This document shows, piece after piece, positions 54,754 to 64,000 of a stretch of DNA of 64,000 bases. Location: the NCBI GenBank assembly GCA_051362555.1, contig CM120640.1, forward strand, positions 32,135,967-32,199,966. The letters run 5' to 3'. Positions within the stretch are counted from its first letter, which is position 1. Every line of letters starts with the position of its first letter. The notes beneath the pieces were generated by a model. That model worked only from the letters and a program-made list of their open reading frames with translations. It was not told the DNA's origin and ran no database searches. This stretch comes from Lingula anatina. Lineage: Eukaryota; Animalia; Brachiopoda. The translations under genes were made by a program, and so were the position numbers.

Positions 54754-56416
54754 CTGAAAAACACAGAAAAACACTGTTAGGAGTTTTCCTGGAAATACAC
54801 ATGGCAGTGGGGATACTTATTCATTGATTTTGGAATATATTTTCTAAATTTGGACTCCTTCCCTTATGGTCCGGTAGAAACCTACAATGTCAACATTGTT
54901 TTTGGTTTTAAACTGAAAAGAAGAGACTTTATAGGGTGAGATTAGTAAAAGAAAAAATGCACTAATTGTGATTTTTCTTCCAGAACAAGTTTGACTGCAT
55001 TTGTCTATTCACATTTTTATAATATTTGAATGTATTCTCTGCTTAAAAACAAACTAAGACAGCTTTAGAGATTTTTAAAACAATTCCACCTAACTTAGCT
55101 TTTACTATGGATAACACAGTTATTTCCACTACCTAGATATTTTGCAAAAAAGCTTTTCAATTCTAATCTCTTCTGTCAATGGATGTGAAGTATCAATTCT
55201 CAGCGGTACCACAGACTAATGAAGAAGATAAGTGTGAGGATAAAAAGAAACTTAATGCAATATAAATCTGGCTCCTCTTTTCTAATACTAGGGATCAATA
55301 AAACCACTCTACACTCAATAAGAAAAATTGTAGAAAATATTCAAAGGCTGCATGTACCTGAAATATATATTGCCTTGCATTTGATCTAATGCAAAACGTC
55401 AACTCTTCATGATTGCACATGAATGCTTTATCTTCAAGTGACACAAAACATACATACAATGTTCAAGATTAATGGACTTTGCTTGATAATTTTTCATTGA
55501 AGTGTAATGTGGGAGTTTCCTACACACATCATCATTATTCATAGGAAACATCAAGTAAATAATTAAAGAGCTTTTCTGCCAAGATGAGTTGAATAAGCAA
55601 AGCTGATGAAAAAAAATACTTGGATTTGAATTTTGTATTGCTTATTCATTATGGTATTATAATCAAAATCGTACATTTTAAGTAAAGTTTTCCTCTGGCT
55701 GAAATAGTAACATAGAACCCTTGTTCTTGCATCAGCTTGAGTTGAGATCCAGTTATATCCATACTAAATCCTATGTAGACAAATCTATGAAGGCAATTAA
55801 GTACAGCAATGGCTCGTATTGGAGAAATATTATCTTTCAGGCCAATCAAAGAAACTGGATACCATTCATCCTTTTCAGTAAGCAAAAGTAAATACCCTCT
55901 ATGTGTATTTGCAATTGGTTGAGGGAAATTGCAAGTTAGAAAGTTAAAACAATCATCAATTGAATTTAAGATTGCATTACAACTAGACTCAATTAAGTTG
56001 AAATCATCAATTGCTTTCCTAAACTGCCCAGAAATGCCCTGGAACATTGCCTTCTTTCTTTAACTTTAATACCATGCAATACCTATTACGTACATCCATT
56101 TTTGGCAGTTCTAATAAATAAAATCATTCTGCTCACATTTGCTTTCAAAAATCCCAAGAACTTAATACTTACTAAAGTTAGTTCTAATAGTAAAATGTCC
56201 AATTAATGTTTTATAGACATTGAGCACAAATATAAGTAGTAAAAGTTAGATTGTTAGATTGGATGTGATCACCAAAAGACAGTCACAAAGTATTTGAGGT
56301 CATCCTCTTTGGATCAATAAAAACTGGCAGTTCAACTAAAGTTCAGTTAGGCATGAGTATTCATTTCCTCATCAGAAAGGAAAAATATATTCTAGACAAT
56401 ACAGAGAGCAAAGGAT

Positions 56417-56576
56417 ATAGGTTAATTATGCAGCACTGATATGTAAAACAAAAAATAGTGTACTTTTTTCTGCTGAAAATCATACAGTGATTGACATCTG
56501 AGCATGCGATAGGTTTATTATGCAATACTGTTGTAAAATCAGAAACAATGCCCTTTTTTGGGCTGAAAATCATACA
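56417..56576. repeat. Two diverged direct repeats, ~91-bp period
   Basis: ATAGGTTWATTATGCA...TGTAAAA...CTTTTTT...GCTGAAAATCATACA occurs at ~56417-56486 and ~56509-56576. Confidence 0.7.
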
Positions 56577-59165
56577 ACAAAAGACAACATTATTTATTAA
56601 AGAGATCAGACGTTTAAATTTGGAGGAAACATCAGAATACATGTCTATCAGATTACCAACTTTTTTTAAATGTAAATAATTGATTGACAGTATGTGGGTG
56701 TGAGACGGAAATTCCTTCTGTCATAAAAGATAATTCAGAGCACATCAGCAGATAATGTTATCTATGTATAATTGCGTAAGGATGACACAAAACCGTGACA
56801 ACTTGAAAAACGTGTGCATCAATTCTTGCCTCGTTTATTGGATATTTACATTGTCTGCTGTTGCTTGAAGCGACAACAAGTGTTCTAGAGTAAAATCTGC
56901 ATTACTTATACTGGGTTGATCCGAACTTGATTTCAGAATCAGCTGCCCATTTCCCAGACCATATGGCACACTTGTGAGGCATTAAGAGTTTACTACACAC
57001 ACAATGATCAAATGGATCCACTGCAGTTTAATATGTTACAGTAGTAGGTTTCACCTGTGAATACGATATATATATCTGTTGAACCCATCTATACCACGTT
57101 GGCCATTAAGTATGTGATGCCTTTTTCTGGATAATTTTCATAAATATATTATTTTGTATTCAACACTCATTTCTAATTCAACCATCCACAAATATTAAAA
57201 TGCTCTTTTCCTCTGCTTATGATTGCAACCACTGCTCATGTGATTATCCTTACTTCCCAAAATTCCAAGAATTCAGACTGCCCACTATGAGGAAGTAAAC
57301 TAAACACAAATGAGGCCAACAATAATAAAATACTTCATACCATATACAAAGAAATATTAATCGACAAACAAACAAACAAACAAAAAGATACAAAAGAAAT
57401 TTTGAAAATACAACCTGCTGAAAACATCAACTTGTCTGTGACACCTCCCATGATGGTATATTAGACAGTAGATTCCTTTCCTTAATCAGGCTATATCCAA
57501 ACTGGTTTTCCCTTTTTTATGTTAAGTACATGAGAGTTTTGTATGCAGTTACTGATGACCTTTTATGAATCTCCTTTGATATTTACTTAGGTGGGTATAA
57601 TCTTCCTATTGCTGAACAATGTCATTCAAGCATGTTTCACCATTTTACAACCTTCCCCACAGCAAAGTCTAAAAATGACCGTCTAAATCTGTGTTGTGAA
57701 AACTAAATAATTTATCAAATCCATGATGCGAGACCAGATGCTCTACTATTACTGTCACCTGTAGATTTTAAATATCTGTCCTCTTCAGGTCTAGCTTAGG
57801 GATGTGATTGAAGCACTATTGACTTCTTTCCACAGTTCCTCACAGCAACACTAGATCCATTTCAAGCAGGAACATGACACTCTCCTTCCTCATGTCTCTC
57901 CTGACATGGCAAATAAGTCGCCCTTACACTTGATATTCAGTTCCTGGGCATATCCTGGGAATTCAGGCAGGTTTTTCCTCAAACTGGTCTGTTTACAAAT
58001 CAACACTGGGATTTCTTTTAGCATTCGATTTCTGTTCACAAGTACCTTGTGTATGTGAACTATAGTGTAATTTTCCTCTATCAGCATGGACAAATCAAAT
58101 GAGGCTTCTCATGAGGGAGACAGCATGTCTACATTCTCAGCACGTATACCTGGAGAGCAAACCAGTGTACAGAGCACTAGGCTGCTAGGATTTATTCCAT
58201 CAATACATGTCCACCTTCAGACTGTTCTCATTAGCAAAACATCCTCAGAATCTACCAAAAACACACATATATATATAGCCACTGGTTAATCACTATTTTA
58301 GGCATGCAATGTGGGCTGTGCTAAATTACATTTACACAATTACGTCATGTAGTAACTGCACCCAGCAAACAATTTTTCTTCCCATGTGGCGGTATTTGTA
58401 TTTTTCCTTATATCTCCTCCCTCATTTCCTTATTGATCCTCATTTAATACAGGGAACCTGCAGGATGGACTTGGCTGTTGGTTGACAACACACACCATAC
58501 TGATTTCATACATTGACTTGATTACACCAGCCTCATTATTAAACTATTGCCTTGCCACTGTATTCAACCTGACTAATTGTATTTTGTTCATCTGAGGCAC
58601 TTTCTATGATTGCAATTCACATCTTATTGCACTTTGGGACTAATGAATGTTCCTCTCCCAAGGAAAAAGTTTTTTTTTTCTTACACGTTAAAAAGCTGAT
58701 GTTCCAACTAGAAGTGATTATGTATCCTTTTATCTGGGTGTGCATATACTACAAATCCAGGCAATAATAACTTGAGGCCATAAGAAGTAAATCACTGGAA
58801 ATACTCAAAAGCATTAGCTATTTGAATTAACCCAATCAATGCCATCCAATTTGGACCCAAAAATGACATGTAAACATTTCACATTTAAAAAGAAAGCAAT
58901 TCACTGTTCAAATTTTATCATGTTATCCACAAGGTCTATGATAATTTTGGACAAAATGCCAAAAATTTATAAAGATTAACAAAACCCTTTTTTCTCTTCA
59001 AACCAATGCTCCCCCTCCCTCTAGCCCCTCCCATCTACTGCGACAACCTTGCTCACCACTCATCACCTTTATTGCCCTCGTTTACAGCAGATCTAAATTT
59101 GGCAATTAAATACACCAACAGTTGTTAGGGTAACTCAGAAATCATCCTCAGCGTAAATGTTTCCC

Positions 59166-59614
59166 CGCTCACGTATTATATATATTTCAGTATGGAAATA
59201 CCTGTAGTACCCTTTTCCACTACCTGGGTAAGGACTTCGCCTACGGACATTTTTCAAAGTACATGCAATTATTGATAAACAAACTTATGGAGCAGTAACT
59301 TAGGCCCTATTCAGAATAGGGGACTAACTAGTCTGAGGGTCAAATATGGCGACCCATTACAAAGCTTGTCGTCTAATCTGCTAATAGACATTAAATAGAT
59401 ATCCTGTGGGGAAGTATTCAAGTGGGTTGGCCATATTTGACCCTCAGACTAGTTAGCCCCCTATTCTGAATAGGGCCTAAGTTACTGCTCCATAAGTTTG
59501 TTTATCAATAATTGCATGTACTTTGAAAAATGTCCGTAGGCGAAGTCCTTACCCAGGTAGTGGAAAAGGGTACTACAGGTATTTCCATACTGAAATATAT
59601 ATATTACGTGAGCG
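59166..59614. repeat. Long near-perfect inverted repeat (arms ~190 bp, spacer ~66 bp); foldback/MITE-like
   Basis: 59166-59356 is the reverse complement of 59423-59614 with only ~3-4 differences seen by eye; no obvious TSD. Confidence 0.95.
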
Positions 59615-62600
59615 ATATGATATAGGATATATATCAACCCTCTATGTATAATACTTCACAATAAAATACTTGCTACTACTCTGCGTGCCGTGGCACCACA
59701 AAATGCCACTCCCATCAAAAGTGATAAAGACAAACAACAATGATTTGTAGAACTTCACCTTCAAAACAACTACAACATATTTCAAAGTGGAGATGCCACC
59801 ACAACATGTGGCAGGGTACACCTGTGTACGTAATCCAAATTAATGGTGGTTCTTTTTATTTTTGCATACACCCCATGGTGTGAAGGACTCTGGCAGCCTA
59901 TTTTAACACAGTACTATACATAATTAGGGATTTTGAAAATAATGTCAGGATAGGTCAGAAATTGGCTAACTGAAAATTGATTGGACCTAATCAGTGATCA
60001 ATTATTTGACTGATAATGGTGAATACTGAGCTGACTTGGCAAAGGCCTGCATTCTCTTGCTGAGTGCTTTGATATTTTCTCAATTTTTCAACGTATGATG
60101 CTGGTCTTGCTCCATATGTGAAAGTAATATAATTGCAATCAATGGTTCAAGTAGCAAGGAAAAAGCCGTTACTTCCTGGTAAAAAGATCAGATAAATTAT
60201 TTAATTGTAATTAGTGTTCCAAGTAGCTGGGAAGAACCTGTTACTTCCTTTTAAATAAATAAATAAATATACGTGTATTACCCTTTTTTACTAACTACAT
60301 ATGCATGTCCAATTTCAGTAGAAATGATAAAGTAAATGGGGGTAATGCAGATAACAGAATTGAATTAACCCCAGAAGCCTGTGGCATATGCCAAATGACT
60401 TTTAAATCTAATACTGACATTTAGTCATATCTTAATCTATTGGTCACATCAAGCAAATGTCATTCCAAGAAATCATGAACACCTTGCCAAAATGCCACCA
60501 GCTTTGATATTCATATTATATGTCACAACAAAAGCCACTCTGTCATTTTCTGCTTTACTCACAGAACAGCTTTAAAACAATGTGCACAGAAGGCAGGCAT
60601 AAATAATAAATTCAAAGCAGAAGCCATCATGGGTCAAACTTGTTGAGTATCAATTTTTTATAAATAGTGAAAGAAATCAATATTGAAATGCATGTATACC
60701 AGGAGGAGGGCTATTAATATCCCTATCAGAACCAATCTTGCTAGTTATCACATCGAACTGCAGGTGTCAGCAGCTGTTAGTGCCTAAATTGCAGAGAAAT
60801 GCAGGTATTCATTTTACCAGATTCTGGCAATTGGTCAGTCTGCCGTGTTGTAAATCAGCTCTCATAAATCAAGTACATCTCACAGCCATGCCTGCTCACA
60901 ACAACCAGTTATCTGTTCAGGTATTTCAGAAATCAGATTCCCATATGTTATTACATCTTTGAGTCACTTTTTTCCTCATTACAGGACTGCCAAAATATTT
61001 CCATGAAAATAATAAACCAAACCAACTTAGTGTATTGATCAAGTCCTTCCTTCTATGAGCATCATCAATTTTTGTTTGCCAGAAAACAGACATATGACAA
61101 TAAATCTTATCTCACAATCAAATTACATATTCACATTACTCTGTGGAAAATGAACTAAATGCGTAAGTAACTTAAATTATATTAAGTAAGGCTTTCATTA
61201 CATGATTACAAATAATACTTTGCTGGTCTCATCCATAAAATATCTTTTAAAGTAATTCTCATACTTCAGTTATTAATTTATACTGGAGGTAGAAGTACAA
61301 AATACTCCTTGCCAGGATTTTGATTGCTCTTTTTTTTTTTTACTTTGAACCTTGTTTATTCATTCAAAATACTGTATCAAAACTGCTTTTAAATCTTTTT
61401 ATAAATTTGTTACCTTATAAACAGTGTTTTCTTCATATGAAAATTGAATTTAATATTTTAATCACTGACTGTCAGTCAAAAAATGGTTACCAATCTCATA
61501 ACTTGTTGCATTTTGAAACATAACATATGCCCATTTTAACCTATTTTCAATAAAGACAATACATACCATATTATTTAATGTCAAAAAATTTGAAAACAAA
61601 ACATGAGATGAGTATAATTATTCACCAACAAAATGAATATATGTTCTTTAACTTTGGGGGAAAAAAGGAAAAGAAAACAGTTGTGCTGGTGTTTCTCTGA
61701 TGTGACTGCTGAGATAAGTCCAGACAGAATGCATTCACACCTTATATGTTACATTGTAACAACTGATAACATTAGTCTGTATGATTATGAAGCAATATTC
61801 TCATAATTCGGGTTTGTGGGAAGTGAAACAATACAGATAAAAGCAGTTCTCATTGGTTCACACTCAAAGCACACAATTAATGTAAATAATTTACGGACCT
61901 ATATCTACTTGAAATATAAATGTTTAAAAAATCTTATTGGTCTGCTATTTGCAGCTTGTCTATCGTTCCTCTTCAGCCTAAATTAATGCATAAACCATAC
62001 AAAAAGAAAGCCAGCAGCAGTATTCTGAGTCCCCAGACTATAATTCTACAAAATGATCATAGAACAGGCACAAAACTGTATGCTATAGTAAGTTCTATCT
62101 ATTCTGTTGTTCATTAGTACTCTCTTATGAAAACAAAGAACCTCGAGCTGAATTGACATAAGCATAAAGATCAATATTTAGCCACAGACCACTACACTCC
62201 TTCAACATATCACAATATACGCCATCACATATAATAATACTGGACTGTTTCTATCTAGGAAATGGAATGGGAGCTGGCAAAATAATGACACATTGTTATT
62301 ACTGTTGTCAAAATAAAGAAATCCTAGTTGTTCATATCTGTCATATGTGGAGAGTATGGTCATTGTCAATGAAAATGAGGTATTGGATATTTCTATATGG
62401 TTTTTCTTTTTCCTTACTTCTTAAAATATTGATTACCCTTTTCTTTTTTTCTTCTGAATTTATCTACACAGACTTGTTGTTTTTACACAATTAAGATGGA
62501 GTGCCTAATTTTCATTTCTACATTAACAAAAATATTTCCAGAGAGCATGCCTATATCAATCAATCATTCTGGCTGATCACGTCAGCTTAGAAGCCATTAC

Positions 62601-62963
62601 GGTCATCAATTTTTCCACAAGAATTCCCGGGAGATACATTTGTCATCAACGCTTCCACTGGCACTACAGTGCAGTCAAGGGCAATTACAACGTAAGTAGA
62701 GTATTCAAATGCAGTAAAGAATATTTCTAGGCACAGAGTATTTCTATGCAATATTTATATCCAAATGAATACAATTTTCAATAAAAATAAAATGAGGTAA
62801 AGAAATAAAAGAGAGCCAGTCTCATTCTTTTCCTAAAAATAATGCAAGTTGAATGCAAGTAACACGTGATCCTGAATTCTGTTCAAAAAACAGACAAAAC
62901 CTTATCACTTAACTGCATTTGTTTAAGAGCAAAAATCAGGCAGATGACCAATAAGCTACTTAT

Positions 62964-62977
62964 AATTGACGTCAATT
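62964..62977. promoter_or_regulatory. 14-bp palindrome AATTGACGTCAATT containing a consensus CRE
   Basis: Exact match; function unknown. Confidence 0.2.
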
Positions 62978-63355
62978 GGTCATTTGCTAGATGCATTTTC
63001 TGCGAGTTAGGTTTCGCAGGAGAACTATTGATTTGTTTTCCGCATTGGGGTAGCCCTGGTAGACAAACCGAGAAAAATGGTGTATTGAGCACAATAGGGA
63101 GGGTATAAAGCTCGCAATAATCCGATAGAGTCTTAATACTTTTTCCATGTTTCCCATTATGCCACTTCCTGTGGGATCATTTAATTCACACTTAATTCTT
63201 TTACAGCATAAAACTTGTTGCCACCATATTCCCTCCAAGCACCTGTAGAGATATGAGCAACTTATGATTACTTTTTTTTAATGATTTTCGTAGAAGAAGT
63301 TGCAGCTGTGCCATACTTATAAAAAAGAAGTCGATGGATTATACACTACAGTTAT

Positions 63356-63522
63356 CAGGGGCGGATCCAGAGATATTTTCTGACAGTCTTCCAAATTATC
63401 TTTGTTGATCCATCCTCATTTTTGACCGTCTTCCGACAGAAAAAGTTAGATACCCGTCAATGTAAACTTGAAAATCTGACCGTCTTCCGGAAGACCCAGA
63501 AGACGGCCTAAATCCGCCCCTG
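63356..63522. mobile_element. 167-bp non-autonomous DNA transposon (MITE) with hAT-like termini and a 5-bp TSD
   Basis: TIRs CAGGGGCGGAT / ATCCGCCCCTG; GTTAT directly repeated at 63351-63355 and 63523-63527; internal GACMGTCTTCC motifs. Confidence 0.85.
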
Positions 63523-64000
63523 GTTATGCAGGCCTCAACATAAACACCTGTGTGATTGTACAGGACAACCCCCCATGTGTTATGAAACAGCCTTTACACT
63601 CATCTCATTGTCTGACAGAACAACCAATATCCTGTTCTGTCTTTGACTGATAAATGTTCCCTTGAATATAGAGAAAAGCAATTTAACTTGCAGCTTTCAC
63701 AAACAATTAAGCTCCTTTTCCCAATTTTGACCAAAGATATCATCTCAGATCCAAATTTATACCTCTTGAACAAATCCTTAGATTGTCATAACACCTTTAA
63801 ATCTATTTAAGTATCATTTTCATGTGACCATATCTCTTGATTTGATTTTTCCCCAAAACAGACTTGATTATATATATTTTTTTATCTTTTGTCTATTCCC
63901 TTAAAAAAACATAGTTGTGCTTGTCTTAACATTACCTTTAATTTAAAAAATCAAATCTAAAATCAAGAATGCATGGAAATTTTGCACCATTATTATTGAT

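Noticed and set aside
55980-56047. Resemblance of RKAIDDFNLIE to the N-terminus of TtcA-like thiolases
   Set aside because: The diagnostic SGGKDS PP-loop does not follow, so this is probably coincidence.
29450-63238. Other 60-95 aa ORFs in the unique region
   Set aside because: Low-complexity, AT-driven composition with no motifs; expected by chance in introns and UTR.

Overview
AT-rich animal (probably invertebrate; inference) genomic DNA in two parts. (1) 1-29489 is a tandem array of roughly 180 units of ~150-170 bp that starts before the window. Almost every unit on the + strand is built as exon + spliceosomal intron: AAG|GTTAGT donor, G-rich tract, CTAAY branch point, pyrimidine tract, ACAG| acceptor. 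There are three exon types (A 80 nt, B 79 nt, C 62 nt) and two intron types (~90 nt and ~74 nt). The array runs into unique sequence with AATAAA signals, so it reads like a giant multi-exon transcription unit disguised as a satellite. No long ORF results from sequential splicing, but the B+C junction creates a 40-aa ORF, and each intron can fold into a hairpin with a G-rich loop. (2) ~30200-64000 holds a minus-strand, convergent KChIP/KCNIP-family (neuronal calcium sensor) gene with six identifiable coding exons; its start exon was not found. Its introns and upstream flank hold an AGGTCA cluster, a ~450-bp near-perfect palindrome and a small TIR element with a 5-bp TSD. Transcription and splicing of the array are inferred from motifs only, and copy counts are by eye.
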